A DNA stretch of 64,000 nucleotides from Candidatus Poribacteria bacterium (GCA_963663765.2 CAXXUA010000007.1:32001-96000); one strand, 5' to 3'. Numbered from the stretch's first letter, positions 39,882 to 51,133 are shown. A program made the numbers and translations. Notes: generated by a model not told the origin, from the letters alone.

Positions 39882-40955
39882 TTAGATTCCTTCACTTTTT
39901 AACTTTTCTGCTTGGTCTGCGGTAGTCAATCGTTCAATAAATGCTTCTAAATCACCATCTAAAACGTTATCTAATTGATGTGAGCTAAATTGGATGCGGT
40001 GGTCAGTTACTCTTGATTGCGGGAAATTATATGTGCGAATTTTTTCGCTTCTGTCACCGCTACCGACCATTGATCGTCTTGTTTCAGCGCGTTCGCTATC
40101 CAGTTCTGCCTGTTTTATTTCTTGTAGGCGTGCGCGTAAGATTTTCATGGCTTTTGATCGGTTTTTGTGTTGTGATTTTTCGTCTTGTTGCGTAACGACT
40201 AAACCAGTTGGTAGGTGTGTGATGCGGATTGCAGAATCTGTTGTGTTGACACTTTGACCACCTGGTCCTGATGATCGGTATGTATCGATTCTTAATTCTG
40301 TTGCTTCTTCTATTTCAATATCAACTTCTTCAGCTTCAGGTAGGACAGCGACAGTAACAGCAGATGTGTGAATTCTTCCGCTTGTTTCGGTTGTTGGTAT
40401 TCGTTGAACTCTGTGTATTCCGCCTTCATATTTGAGTAGGCTATATGCGGAATTTCCTTCAATTGAAAAAACCACCTCTTTAAACCCTTTTAACCCAGTT
40501 GCGTTTGCATTGAGCATTTCAACTTTCCAACCATTTCTTTCAGCATATCTGGTATACATACGGAATATCTCTGCGGCAAATAGACTTGCCTCCTCGCCAC
40601 CTGTCCCCGCTCGAATTTCAATGATGACGTTTTTTTCGTCGTTCGGGTCTTTTGGTATCAGCAGCATTTTCAGATTATCTGTGAGTTGTTCTTGTTGATT
40701 TCTTAGAGAGTCCAACTCCTCTTGTGCTAACGCAAGCATGTCTGCATCTAATTCATCTGCTAACAGTGAATGTGTGTCTTCAATAGAAGTTTCTACCTGT
40801 TGATAGTCTTTATATGCAGAAACTATTGGTGACAGTTCGGCATGTGTCTTTGAGAGTTCTTGCAGACGTTTTGGATTAGAAATTTGTTCAAGATCACTCA
40901 AAGATTTTTCGACATTAATAAATTTCTCTTGAATGTCTTTAAGTTTATCTAACAT
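39882..40955 (-). CDS. prfA: Peptide chain release factor 1
   Basis: GGQ motif, PxT (PTT) RF1 determinant, RTYNFPQ. Confidence 0.97.
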   Translation of the reverse strand: MLDKLKDIQEKFINVEKSLSDLEQISNPKRLQELSKTHAELSPIVSAYKDYQQVETSIEDTHSLLADELDADMLALAQEELDSLRNQQEQLTDNLKMLLIPKDPNDEKNVIIEIRAGTGGEEASLFAAEIFRMYTRYAERNGWKVEMLNANATGLKGFKEVVFSIEGNSAYSLLKYEGGIHRVQRIPTTETSGRIHTSAVTVAVLPEAEEVDIEIEEATELRIDTYRSSGPGGQSVNTTDSAIRITHLPTGLVVTQQDEKSQHKNRSKAMKILRARLQEIKQAELDSERAETRRSMVGSGDRSEKIRTYNFPQSRVTDHRIQFSSHQLDNVLDGDLEAFIERLTTADQAEKLKSEGI

Positions 40956-41106
40956 TAGAATTCCCTTCACAGGGCAATATGTGTAATAGTATAAAAAATT
41001 CTAATATCTATCATGAACTGATAGATATTGATACAGCAAACAAAATTGGAGTTTAGCGGTACCAATTTACATTAAGCAAAAGTTTGCATGGTTTAGTTCA
41101 GAAAAC

Positions 41107-41319
41107 TTACGTTTTTTCAGTTATACCGTAACGTTTTCTGAAACTTTCAACGCGTCCAGCAGTGTCAATAAATCTTGTTTGTTGTCCAGTAAAAAAAGGA
41201 TGACATTTTGAACATACGTCAATCCTCATATCTGATTGAACAGAAACCGTCTTGATTGAAGCACCACACACACAACTGATAGTGCATTCCGTTGTTTCTG
41301 GATGGATTTCAGGTTTCAT
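41107..41319 (-). CDS. rpmE: 50S ribosomal protein L31 (Zn-binding type)
   Basis: [30 protein letters not shown]; GGAG SD. Confidence 0.96.
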   Translation of the reverse strand: MKPEIHPETTECTISCVCGASIKTVSVQSDMRIDVCSKCHPFFTGQQTRFIDTAGRVESFRKRYGITEKT

Positions 41320-41346
41320 ATTTTCACTCCTTTTTAGCATGTTAAT

Positions 41347-42675
41347 TTATTTTCCCGTTCTGATAGCTTTAGGTCGTGGTTTTGTAGTTTGTCCTGCATC
41401 GGTGGTCATCATTTCAAGAAATTCGTCATTTGTTTTGTTCCTACCGAATTCTCGAATTAATAGTTCCATGGATTCAGCCATGCTCATCTGACTGATAAAT
41501 TTCCGTAGCACCCATACCTTGTTAAGTGCATCGCTTTCTAATAAGAGTTCTTCACGTCGTGTTTTGGATTTTTCTAAATTGATTGCGGGGAAAATCCGTA
41601 GTTCTAACAAGGTGCGATCCATGTGGATTTCCATGTTTGCTGTACCTTTGAATTCTTCATAGATGTGTGTATCGGAACGACTTTCTGTATCAACGAGTAC
41701 GGAAGCGAGTATGGTAAGGCTTCCACCTTCTTCAAATTTGCGTGCAGCGCCGCAGAATCTGCGTGGTTCCACAGTAGCCATAGCATCTAATCCGCCAGAT
41801 AGGGTTCTTCCGCTATGGGGTGCAGTCATATTGTGTGCCCTTGCAAGCCGTGTCATACTGTCCAGCAAGATGACAACATCCTGTCCGCATTCAACCATGC
41901 GTTTTGCTTTTTCAATAGCCATTTCAGAAACTTGTATATGTCGTTCTGGTGGTTCATCAAAAGTGGAGCTGATGACTTCTCCTTTGACGGTACGTATGAC
42001 ATCCGTGACCTCTTCAGGCCGTTCATCAATTAGTAAAAAGATCAGGGAAACTTCAGGATGATTAGCTTCGATTCCGAGTGCGATGTTTTTCAGAAGTGTT
42101 GTCTTACCGCTAAATGGTGGAGCAACTATGAGACCACGTTGTCCTTTCCCGATTGGTGCGAAAAGGTCAATCATACGCGTGCCAAATTCTGAAGGGTTAT
42201 GTTCTAATTTTAGTTTTTCATAAGGGAATACAGGTTGAGGTGTGTCAAAGGGTGTTCTTTGCTTTACTAATTCAGGGGGTTCACCGTTGACTTTCTCTAT
42301 TTGTAACAAAGCAAAATAACGTTCAGTCTTGTTTTCCGATTTCTTAGGAGGTCGTACCAAACCTTCTACTATGTGTCCAGTTTGCAGTCCGAACAATCTT
42401 ATCTGTGAAGAAGATACGTAAATATCTTCATCACTTTGTAAGTAATTGGATCGGGGTGATCTTAGAAAACCGAAGTTTTGGTCATTGTCATCTAAGATTT
42501 GTAGTACGCCCTTTCCGTAAAGCGGTATGTTTCTATCTGATACTGCTTTAAGGATTCGCGTTATAAGTTCATCCTTTCGGTATGAATTATAATCATCAAT
42601 ACCATAGGATTGTGCCATGGTATTTAGTGTGGAAATCTCCATATCCTGGAGCTTGCCTATTTCCAAGCTCTCCAT
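41347..42675 (-). CDS. rho: Transcription termination factor Rho
   Basis: FGFLRS, DIYVS, PIGKGQRGLIVAPP, LLIDERPEEVTD, DSMTRLARA. Confidence 0.97.
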   Translation of the reverse strand: MESLEIGKLQDMEISTLNTMAQSYGIDDYNSYRKDELITRILKAVSDRNIPLYGKGVLQILDDNDQNFGFLRSPRSNYLQSDEDIYVSSSQIRLFGLQTGHIVEGLVRPPKKSENKTERYFALLQIEKVNGEPPELVKQRTPFDTPQPVFPYEKLKLEHNPSEFGTRMIDLFAPIGKGQRGLIVAPPFSGKTTLLKNIALGIEANHPEVSLIFLLIDERPEEVTDVIRTVKGEVISSTFDEPPERHIQVSEMAIEKAKRMVECGQDVVILLDSMTRLARAHNMTAPHSGRTLSGGLDAMATVEPRRFCGAARKFEEGGSLTILASVLVDTESRSDTHIYEEFKGTANMEIHMDRTLLELRIFPAINLEKSKTRREELLLESDALNKVWVLRKFISQMSMAESMELLIREFGRNKTNDEFLEMMTTDAGQTTKPRPKAIRTGK

Positions 42676-43208
42676 ATTGACGTTTACTCCTCAGTAATAC
42701 CTGCGTCCCCTTTACAATTCAGCACAGGTTGTTACTGTGTGTTAGAAATCGTGGCAAGGGAATCAGGTGAAAACGAATGAATCAGACAGGACGTATTACA
42801 ATTACGTATGACTGTCGTGAATATATACTAATAATATTTGAAATAATGACTCTTTAGTGTATTCTTAGAATGAATTGTATTGGTATTTTGTTAAGTTACA
42901 TATATATATGTTGTTGGAGAATTATGCGTTGTGTGTCGTGAATAATCACGATCAGCAGCACATCCGGTATTTTTTGGAGGGTTGCTATCTGACAAAAGCA
43001 GAATTTTTGATTTATATTATGGGGTCCGATTTCAAGCGTTGGCAGGAATTAGACATCCTTTTACAGTTGGGACTTTATATTTGCCCGATTGCTTTAACCG
43101 TTCTAATGTATATTATACATAATTTTCGGTTATTCGTCAAGTTTTTTTCATGATAAACATCAGATATTGGTAAATTGATTCATATTTTTGTTTGCAATTG
43201 CATAAAAT

Positions 43209-43242
43209 GTTGTTAGTACATTCCCGTGAATGTACTAACAAC
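43209..43242. terminator. Hairpin terminator after the TPR gene
   Basis: GTTGTTAGTACATTC-CCGT-GAATGTACTAACAAC. Confidence 0.7.
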
Positions 43243-43250
43243 GAAGATTT

Positions 43251-45185
43251 CTATTCACTGTTGCCTTTTAAAGGTTGTAACCTACGTCGGATTTTTGCAT
43301 TGTATTTATCCTTTTCTAAGAATCCTTCCCATAATGCAATGGCTTCATCGTTATATCCTTTTGAGACGTAGTAATCTCCGAGAGCGATAACAGCGATCTC
43401 TGAACGCGGATCTTTCTCAATTGCTTCTTTGAACGCTTCAACTGCTACTTTTTCGTCACCTTTGAGGAGTGCAAATTCTCCTTTTGCATAGGGAAGTAGG
43501 GCATGCTCAGGATATTGACTTGTAATGTCGTCAAGCAGAGTTTGTGCGTCAGCGTCTCGTCCCTGCTTAAAAACTGCTATTGCTGCAAGGATCAAACCAT
43601 ATCCGTGCTGATGCTTTAAAATCTCTTTTTCCACTTTATTATCGGTTTTGTTCAACAGGCGTTCTGCTACCCGTGCGGCTGCTTTATACTTGATTTGTGC
43701 TTTATTATATTGACCGTATTTATAGCACACATCTCCAAGTGTTTTTAAAGCAACGAAAGTGCTGGTATTTTGTTTGGCAAGGTCATCGAAAATGACTGCT
43801 CTCTGACTATCTCTGAGTCTATAGTGTAACACTTCAGCAAGACTTTGCAAAGCGTCTGTGTCTTCAGGATTTAATGCGACTGCATGTTCAAATGCCTCTT
43901 TTTCTTTTTCATACTCACCGAGTTTTTGATAAGTTTTCCCAATATTCCAATAGATCTGTACATCTTTATTACGATTGATTCCAACAATAGATTGGAAAGT
44001 TTCAAGTGCTTTTTCATATTCCTCATTTGTATACTGGTTTTCACCAGTTGCGATAACAGCATCAACAACTTTACTATCTTTACTTGCAGCTTTTTTTAGA
44101 ACATCTGCTGCCTTTTTATGCATTCCAAGTTTTCTGTAGCAGATTGATAGGCTTAAGTAGCTGTATGGGTTTAATTTTGCTTTTTCTGCTTCAGCCCTTG
44201 CGATTGCATCAAAATACAACGCCCCTGCATCACGATAGTTTTCATCTTGGTATAAAAATTTTGCGACCATAAGTTCGGCATCGTAATATGTGCCTTGATC
44301 ATCACCTGCAATAGATGTTCCGCCGCCAAAACTTCCCATGACTTCTTCAGCACTGACTCCGAAACCAGAATCTGCTAAAACGACTTTTGGTTTCAAGACA
44401 GGACTTTGCTCAACATTTCTGGGTCTGTCGCGTTCACGACGTTCTTGTTGCCTCAGGATAGCGCGTCCGATCTGTGTTGATTCAGGATTATCGGGTTCAG
44501 GAATCTGTGCGTTAAGTTCGGTCAGTTCCTGTTTTGCTTTCTCAATATCAGGTTCTGCTCCTTCAAGTTTTCCATATTTCTTTACCATGGATTGAAGTGT
44601 CTGTTTTGCATCATCTTCATTTTTGAGGTAATTACGTTGGATTCGTGCTTTATTCACAAGTGCTTGTGTGGCGCGCGTGCTTTTTGGATTTCGGTGTGCA
44701 AAGTTATCAAAAACTTCGACAGCTTGCTCATATTTTTTGCCATCTTCATAACTTTTTGCTAACATTAATTGTGCTTTGTGGCTCAATTCCAGATGTGGAA
44801 ATTGATTGACAATTGTGTCAAACTGGGTTTGTGCTTCATCATAGTTTTCTAGTCTATAGTTATGCATACCAAGTTCATAATGAGCTTCTGCCGTTTCATC
44901 ACTTTCAGGTGCGTCAACGATGAGAGTTTCATAGATTTGGACACCTTTCGCGGGTTGATTCATGTGTTTGAAGTACAGTGTTCCTATTGCCAGTTGTGCT
45001 TTTCTGGCATCAAGAGTACCGGGTTTTGTGTTAACAACGTTTTGGTATGCCTCTAACGCACCGCGGTAATCTTTCATCTCTACTAATTTATCACCAGCGT
45101 CTAATGCGTTACCGGATATACAACCAGTATATACTGCTGTTAGGACGACTATGGCAGTAAGTATGCAGTAGTTAACATATTTCAT
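43251..45185 (-). CDS. TPR-repeat lipoprotein
   Basis: Lipobox-like VYTGC; many TPR helices, with a BamD/CpoB-like N-terminal half. Confidence 0.85.
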   Translation of the reverse strand: MKYVNYCILTAIVVLTAVYTGCISGNALDAGDKLVEMKDYRGALEAYQNVVNTKPGTLDARKAQLAIGTLYFKHMNQPAKGVQIYETLIVDAPESDETAEAHYELGMHNYRLENYDEAQTQFDTIVNQFPHLELSHKAQLMLAKSYEDGKKYEQAVEVFDNFAHRNPKSTRATQALVNKARIQRNYLKNEDDAKQTLQSMVKKYGKLEGAEPDIEKAKQELTELNAQIPEPDNPESTQIGRAILRQQERRERDRPRNVEQSPVLKPKVVLADSGFGVSAEEVMGSFGGGTSIAGDDQGTYYDAELMVAKFLYQDENYRDAGALYFDAIARAEAEKAKLNPYSYLSLSICYRKLGMHKKAADVLKKAASKDSKVVDAVIATGENQYTNEEYEKALETFQSIVGINRNKDVQIYWNIGKTYQKLGEYEKEKEAFEHAVALNPEDTDALQSLAEVLHYRLRDSQRAVIFDDLAKQNTSTFVALKTLGDVCYKYGQYNKAQIKYKAAARVAERLLNKTDNKVEKEILKHQHGYGLILAAIAVFKQGRDADAQTLLDDITSQYPEHALLPYAKGEFALLKGDEKVAVEAFKEAIEKDPRSEIAVIALGDYYVSKGYNDEAIALWEGFLEKDKYNAKIRRRLQPLKGNSE

Positions 45186-45314
45186 GATTTTTCTCCTTTC
45201 TATAGAAATTTAAGTATTAGAATGAATTTAGATCGGCACCCAGGAATTCACAAGACTCTGTAAAGAAAATAACTCTTATATCAGTGATGCATATTATCTG
45301 GGTGAAGGTTTGTT

Positions 45315-46448
45315 CTAATACATCTGTCTTGCAGTACATTGGTCAATTAGGTCTAAGACTTCTTGACGATTATATCCTTCTTTTTCAATAAGTTCATCAC
45401 AGTCAACTCTGTTTTTGGCATCCGGACCTTTTCCTGCTTCGAGAATGGAGTTCGTCAACCAACTGGTTCGTATCCCGTTGATGCCTGAGGTATAGTTTGT
45501 ATCATATTCACCTTTAACGAGTCCTACAAGTTGGTCAACTTTGCTACGGGGGTATCCATCAGGACGTGAGTATGAAATTGGTTGAGCTTCACCATCTTTA
45601 TGAATAAAACGGATTCCTTTTTTGATTTCAATTGTTCCTTTGTCACCTTCAAGTATGACCCATTCTTCGAACCCAACACGTGTGTTACCGAGTATTGTGA
45701 TTGTTCCTTCTGCACCGTTGTCAAGTTTGACATCTGAGTAGGAATTGATTTCAACGAATTTTGGGACAATATTCCCATCATTGTCTTCAAATTTCATGTC
45801 GGTAGTACCGTAAACTTCAGCAGGTAAAGCATTTGTCATCCACAGGAAGATGTCTTGTAGATGGCTACCAGAGTCGTTAGGTTGCCCACCACCAGAAAAA
45901 CGAGGGTCGCCACGCCAGCCACCAGCACCCCAACGTTGTGCCATGTATACCTCAAACTTTTTGAGATTCCCGATAAGACCTTCAGCAATAGCATGTCTAC
46001 CGTTAATATATGTATCTTCGTAGTGTCGTTGGTAACCGCCGACAAGATGTAATTCGCTACTGAGTGCTATTTTGGTTATAGTAATTGCATCACCAACAAT
46101 ATTTGCCATAGGTTTTTCTACGATGACATGACAGCCAGCACGGAGAGCGTATTTAACATGTATGTCGTGCAAAGAGTGTGGTGAAAAGACACCGACTATA
46201 TCTAAGTCTTCGTGGTTTAGCATTTCAATAAATTCATGCTCACCGAGATAACGGTTTAGACTATTAGGTTTGTAATCTTCAACCCGTTGCTGCAATGCGT
46301 TTTCTAAAGCGTCTATACTTCCTTCATGAGCATCTGCAGCAGCAACGACTTGGCAATCGGGACGTGTAGCAAAACCCATTGTATTTCCGCGTCCTGCCCC
46401 GCCAGGACCGATTACACCGACTCTTAATATATCGTTCTTGCTTGGCAT
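45315..46448 (-). CDS. Gfo/Idh/MocA oxidoreductase
   Basis: GVIGPGGAG Rossmann motif, HVIVEKPMA, GGG...D.GSH..D. Confidence 0.92.
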   Translation of the reverse strand: MPSKNDILRVGVIGPGGAGRGNTMGFATRPDCQVVAAADAHEGSIDALENALQQRVEDYKPNSLNRYLGEHEFIEMLNHEDLDIVGVFSPHSLHDIHVKYALRAGCHVIVEKPMANIVGDAITITKIALSSELHLVGGYQRHYEDTYINGRHAIAEGLIGNLKKFEVYMAQRWGAGGWRGDPRFSGGGQPNDSGSHLQDIFLWMTNALPAEVYGTTDMKFEDNDGNIVPKFVEINSYSDVKLDNGAEGTITILGNTRVGFEEWVILEGDKGTIEIKKGIRFIHKDGEAQPISYSRPDGYPRSKVDQLVGLVKGEYDTNYTSGINGIRTSWLTNSILEAGKGPDAKNRVDCDELIEKEGYNRQEVLDLIDQCTARQMY

Positions 46449-46488
46449 TGTTTAATGTCTCCGGGATAGGTTAAAAAATATAGTTATG

Positions 46489-46718
46489 TTAATTTATATA
46501 CTCATATACAAGCAACGTGACAGTTCGGAAGGGTTGCTGCTGATTCCACACATTTTGTTGTAAACGGTCAACAACATTAGGCGAGAAAATTGCTCTCCCG
46601 TTTCAACATTGATACGGGCAGGAACATTCTCAATTAAGAGAAACTTACCGTCCATTTCAAGCGTGTATGTAACCTTCTGATCAATTAAGTGTTCATCCCA
46701 AACTTCTTAGTTAGACAT
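46489..46718 (-). pseudogene. YgiT/MqsA-type antitoxin-like pseudogene
   Basis: My translation: MSN*EVWDEHLIDQKVTYTLEMDGKFLLIENVPARINVETGEQF, frameshift, FSPNVVDRLQQ...VYEYIN*; premature stop at 46707-46709. Confidence 0.7.
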
Positions 46719-46729
46719 TTTTTCCATAC

Positions 46730-47470
46730 TTATCCAGTAAATACTTTGAATAGTTTTCTGAGCGGATCATAAAATTCATCTACTACACGTTCTTTCAATG
46801 GTATAATTGCGTTATCTGTAATCGTGATGTGTTCTGGACAAACTTTTGTGCAGCACTTAGTGATGTTACAATATCCGATACCGTCAATATCTTTCAATTC
46901 TTCTAACCGATTTTCAGTGTCTATTGGGTGCATCTCTAATGATGCTGCGTAGACGAATAACCGGGGGCCGATGAATTTATCATGCAAATGATGTTCACGC
47001 AAGACGTGACACACATCTTGGCATAGAAAGCACTCAATACACTTTCGGAATTCTTGCACGTGGTCTATGTCTGCTTGCTCCATACGCCATGTGCCATCTT
47101 CTGCATCCGGTGGTCGTGGCGTGAAGGGTTTCATTTTCTCTTTGATCTTATAGTTCCAAGATACGTCAGTAACAAGGTCTTTGATGATAGGAAATGCACG
47201 CATCGGTTCAACGGTGACAGGTTGGTCAAGTGGTAGATCGTTGAGGCGCGTCATACACATTAATTTAGGATTACCGTTCACTTCTGCAGAACAGGAACCG
47301 CACTTCCCTGCTTTGCAGTTCCATCTGACAGCGAGGTCATTTGCCTGTTCAGCTTGGATTCGGTGTACAGCGTCTAACACGACCATCCCTTCGGAGACTT
47401 CTGTTTCGTAATCAACGTATTGTGCCTTGTCGGCATCCCCGCGCCAGATTCTGAAAGTTGCTTTTGCCAT
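46730..47470 (-). CDS. sdhB: Succinate dehydrogenase/fumarate reductase Fe-S subunit
   Basis: CKAGKCGSC, CIECFLCQDVC, CNITKCCTKVCP. Confidence 0.95.
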   Translation of the reverse strand: MAKATFRIWRGDADKAQYVDYETEVSEGMVVLDAVHRIQAEQANDLAVRWNCKAGKCGSCSAEVNGNPKLMCMTRLNDLPLDQPVTVEPMRAFPIIKDLVTDVSWNYKIKEKMKPFTPRPPDAEDGTWRMEQADIDHVQEFRKCIECFLCQDVCHVLREHHLHDKFIGPRLFVYAASLEMHPIDTENRLEELKDIDGIGYCNITKCCTKVCPEHITITDNAIIPLKERVVDEFYDPLRKLFKVFTG

Positions 47471-47496
47471 TATAAATTCCTTCCGTTGTGTATTCC

Positions 47497-49314
47497 CTAT
47501 CCGATTTCATCAATAATCTGTTGATATTCTTCGGTCAAATCAGTTACGTTTTCTCGTCGGATTTCCATTGTACCGTCGTCAGCTTTTTTAAGGATAGTGT
47601 TATATTTTCCTGTTCCTTGTTCCTCTTTCTCTGGATAATCATCACGTGAATGTGCACCGATACTTGCTCTACGTTCAAGTGCTGCAAGTGCGATGGCTTC
47701 TGAGACTGTGAGTAGACAGTCAAGTTCAAGAGCAGTATGCCATCCAGAATTATATTCACGATTGCCAATTGCGTGAACATTCTCTGCTTTTTTGCGTAAA
47801 ATCTGTATTTCTTCTAATGCTTGTGTAAGACTGTCTTGGCTGCGTGCGATACCCACTAATTCCTGCATTTTGTCTTGAAGTTGTGCCTGTATTTCGTAAG
47901 GATTATCTCCCTCTTCTGGGTTATCAAAAGGTTTTAGCACATGAATTGCTATTTCTTCTATTTCACTCTCTTCAAGTGGCACATCACCATTTTCCTGAGA
48001 AAATTGTGATGCGAATTCACCTGCTCTTTTTCCAAATACGAGTAAGTCAGACAAAGAGTTACCCCCGAGTCGATTAGCACCGTGTAAACCTGCTGCACAT
48101 TCACCTGCTGCAAAGAGACCTGGTACACAGGTCATTTGCGTATCCGCATCAACCCGAATGCCTCCCATGATATAATGTGTCGTTGGACCTACCTCCATCG
48201 GTTCTTGGGTGATGTCTATGTCAGCAAGTTCCGTAAATTGATGATACATGCTCGGTAGTTTTCTGCGTATATGTTCTGCAGCATTTGGAATTTTCTCCTT
48301 AATCCAAGCAATGTCTAAGAACACACCACCGTGTGGACTTCCTCTGCCTTCCTGAACTTCTCGGACGATGCACCTTGCAATATGGTCACGGGTTAACAAT
48401 TCCGGAGGTCTCCGCGCTTCACGATCACCTTGTGTATAACGCCAACCTTCTTCGGGATTGTCGGCAGTTTGGTTTACATACAGTTCAGGTATATCGTCGA
48501 ACATGAAGCGACGTCCTTCGTTATTTGTCAATATTCCGCCTTCTCCGCGAACACCCTCGGTAACTAATATTCCTCTGACACTGGGTGGCCAGACCATTCC
48601 TGTTGGGTGGAACTGCACAAATTCCATGTCGATTAGTTCGGCACCTGCGTGATATGCAAGAGAATTTCCATCACCTGTATACTCCCAACTGTTGCTTGTG
48701 ATTTTATATGCTTTACCGACGCCACCTGTTGCTAATACAATTGCTTTCGCAGCAAAGATTTTGAAACGACCTTTCTCACGTTCATAACCGAAAGCACCTG
48801 AGACTCTATCCCCTGATTTAAGGAGTGAGACGATTGTATTCTCCATGTGGACTTCAATGCCTTGATGAATACCGTGGTCTTGCAAGGCACGGATCATTTC
48901 CAGACCTGTACGGTCACCGACATGAGCGAGACGTGGATATTGATGTCCTCCAAAGTTTCGTTGCAGGATGCTTCCGTCCTGTGTACGATCAAAGAGTGCC
49001 CCCCATGCTTCAAGTTCTCGGACACGGTCGGGGGATTCCTTTGCGTGAAGTTCAGCCATTCGCGCGTTTGAGAGGTACTGTCCACCACGCATTGTGTCGG
49101 CAAAATGGACTCTCCAACTGTCTCTTTCATCTACATTTGCTAATGCAGCAGCGACTCCACCTTCCGCCATCACAGTGTGTGCTTTTCCAAGCAGTGACTT
49201 ACAAATTAATCCGACTTTCAAGTCATCTGTCGCTGCTTCAATTGCGGCACGTAACCCTGCACCACCAGCACCGATTATCAATACATCATATTCGTGAGTT
49301 TCAATAGATGCCAA
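47497..49314 (-). CDS. sdhA: Succinate dehydrogenase/fumarate reductase flavoprotein
   Basis: GAGGAG, AHTVMAEGG (FAD His), QFHPTG, HGANRLGGNSL. Confidence 0.95.
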   Translation of the reverse strand: MASIETHEYDVLIIGAGGAGLRAAIEAATDDLKVGLICKSLLGKAHTVMAEGGVAAALANVDERDSWRVHFADTMRGGQYLSNARMAELHAKESPDRVRELEAWGALFDRTQDGSILQRNFGGHQYPRLAHVGDRTGLEMIRALQDHGIHQGIEVHMENTIVSLLKSGDRVSGAFGYEREKGRFKIFAAKAIVLATGGVGKAYKITSNSWEYTGDGNSLAYHAGAELIDMEFVQFHPTGMVWPPSVRGILVTEGVRGEGGILTNNEGRRFMFDDIPELYVNQTADNPEEGWRYTQGDREARRPPELLTRDHIARCIVREVQEGRGSPHGGVFLDIAWIKEKIPNAAEHIRRKLPSMYHQFTELADIDITQEPMEVGPTTHYIMGGIRVDADTQMTCVPGLFAAGECAAGLHGANRLGGNSLSDLLVFGKRAGEFASQFSQENGDVPLEESEIEEIAIHVLKPFDNPEEGDNPYEIQAQLQDKMQELVGIARSQDSLTQALEEIQILRKKAENVHAIGNREYNSGWHTALELDCLLTVSEAIALAALERRASIGAHSRDDYPEKEEQGTGKYNTILKKADDGTMEIRRENVTDLTEEYQQIIDEIG

Positions 49315-49341
49315 ACTAATGTATCCTCTCTAAGACATTGT

Positions 49342-50160
49342 TTAAAATGTTATGTAATCTTGCCATCCTGTAACCGCTATTGTGCGGACATACAAATCAG
49401 ATAAACCGACCCAAATCAGACTCATCCATGCCCAGAGCATGTGTCGTTGGTTGAGACAACTCACACAGTTATACAAACTTCTGCGTACTGGTGCTTTGGA
49501 TAGCAGGTCAACTATTCCACCGACCAAGTGACGTAATGAGTGACATCCAAATGTATATCCACCTAATAATACCACATTTCCTGCTAATATCACAGTACCT
49601 AGACCGATACCAAATGTCTTACCACCGTTCCCATCCTCAAACCAGAGTGCTTTCCAGACATCATAAGCAAGGATTCCAACTATGACAATTGCGACATAAA
49701 GAAAATATCTGTGGATATTCTGGATTATCAATGGAAATGAATGTTCACCTCGGTACCCCTTTCGTGGTTCTGATACTGAACATGATGGCGGGTCTGCCCA
49801 AAATGCTTTATAGTATGCCCCACGGTAATAATAGCAAGTAAAACGAAATCCAAGTGGTGCCCACAAAATAAGGACCGCGGGAGTAATTAACGCAGGCATC
49901 CAACCGGGCATCGCTCCAAACCAACTGTGGCTAATAGAATGTTCAGATGTACCAAAAAGCAGTGGTGAATAAAAAGGTGTCAAATAAGGAGCGTTCTCAG
50001 GTAGAAAATGGTTGCCTTCAAAAACCCGAAAAGTTGCATAGATTATGAATGTACCTAAACCGATAAATACTGCTAAAGGTTGTACCCACCAGGTATCTTT
50101 TCGTTGGGTTTGAAAGGGTCGGTGCTCAGTTAATGTAAGTTCTGGATGTGCCATATACAA
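49342..50160 (-). CDS. Sdh1-type membrane anchor (Rv0249c-like)
   Basis: PFYSP, FRFTCYYYRGAY, HRYF, GCHSLRH, HMLWAW; directly upstream of sdhA. Confidence 0.85.
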   Translation of the reverse strand: MYMAHPELTLTEHRPFQTQRKDTWWVQPLAVFIGLGTFIIYATFRVFEGNHFLPENAPYLTPFYSPLLFGTSEHSISHSWFGAMPGWMPALITPAVLILWAPLGFRFTCYYYRGAYYKAFWADPPSCSVSEPRKGYRGEHSFPLIIQNIHRYFLYVAIVIVGILAYDVWKALWFEDGNGGKTFGIGLGTVILAGNVVLLGGYTFGCHSLRHLVGGIVDLLSKAPVRRSLYNCVSCLNQRHMLWAWMSLIWVGLSDLYVRTIAVTGWQDYITF

Positions 50161-50839
50161 TTTTCCCTTCTATATCTTACAGAATACCACATTTGAAAAC
50201 AAAGTGCAAGCAGGAAAGGATTTACGTATCGTATTAAGTTTATCTTTCATTTTAATCTTCATTAATATTTTTGAGGAAATGGTGCATATTTTCAGTCAAG
50301 TTCTTTCCATTCAATTGATTTTTCTCTATAAACTTTACTGATGTGTTTTGCATAGTTGAGATTCTACAACACATTCGTACTTGCTTGTGCTACGAGATAA
50401 GTTCCAACTATTGTTTTCTCATAGTCCCTCGGTTATATTTCAGTATATTGTAGCATGAAGTAATATTTTTGTCAAATATAACGTAAAACGAATTTTATGA
50501 ACGGTTTGTATAGTTTTTTACATGAATTGAGAGGGTGTACGTATTAGTTCATTGTCTGAATTGTGGTGTGAGTCCGGAATCTCGGATTACACGGAGAACC
50601 CGGACTATTGAGTTTTTGCCTGTTAAATCCTTTTCAAACAATATACACAAACTATTGCTGTGATGATTGGAGATCCAAACTTACAAATCCGAGAAATCTG
50701 TGTAATCCACGAATCAAACAGGTTAGGCAAGACTACATCAACACATACGGATGACACATGCGTAAGGTATTCTTCAATCAATACTATCAGTAATGCTTAT
50801 TATCTGACTATTTTTAAAAAATAATCCTTACCAACTCCT

Positions 50840-51026
50840 CAGGGTTGTTTTATGCATATTACACGATACCTGAGAAAATCGCGACCGGCAAAACAAGAAA
50901 TCCAACGGTATGAATGCGCGTATGGCATTCCCCGGGTATGAATGCCTTTTGGCATTCCCCGGTTCGTTACTACCGCGGGATTTCATTTTTTAGAAATCCG
51001 AACATTAGGCAAACTGAATAACCCTA
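50840..51026. mobile_element. MITE family A copy, reverse orientation, degenerate
   Basis: CAGGGTTGTTT...AAACTGAATAACCCTA ends; imperfect TSD CCAACTCCT/CCAATTCCC; carries a double mini-element. Confidence 0.65.
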
Positions 51027-51028
51027 CC

Positions 51029-51096
51029 AATTCCCAAAACTTCTTGACATAAATTCCCAAAACTTCTTGACATATTCATGTTTTGCGTGGTATTTT
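51029..51096 (+). promoter_or_regulatory. Promoter of the glycogen synthase-like gene with a duplicated -35 segment
   Basis: 23-bp tandem AATTCCCAAAACTTCTTGACATA x2 (51029-51074); TGGTATTTT extended -10-like element. Confidence 0.55.
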
Positions 51097-51133
51097 AAAC
51101 AATCTAAAGTTATTGTATAGGTGAGGTGAGAAC

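Noticed and set aside
42875-43153. 92-aa plus-strand ORF upstream of rho
   Set aside because: No SD or motif; lies in the probable rho promoter/leader region.
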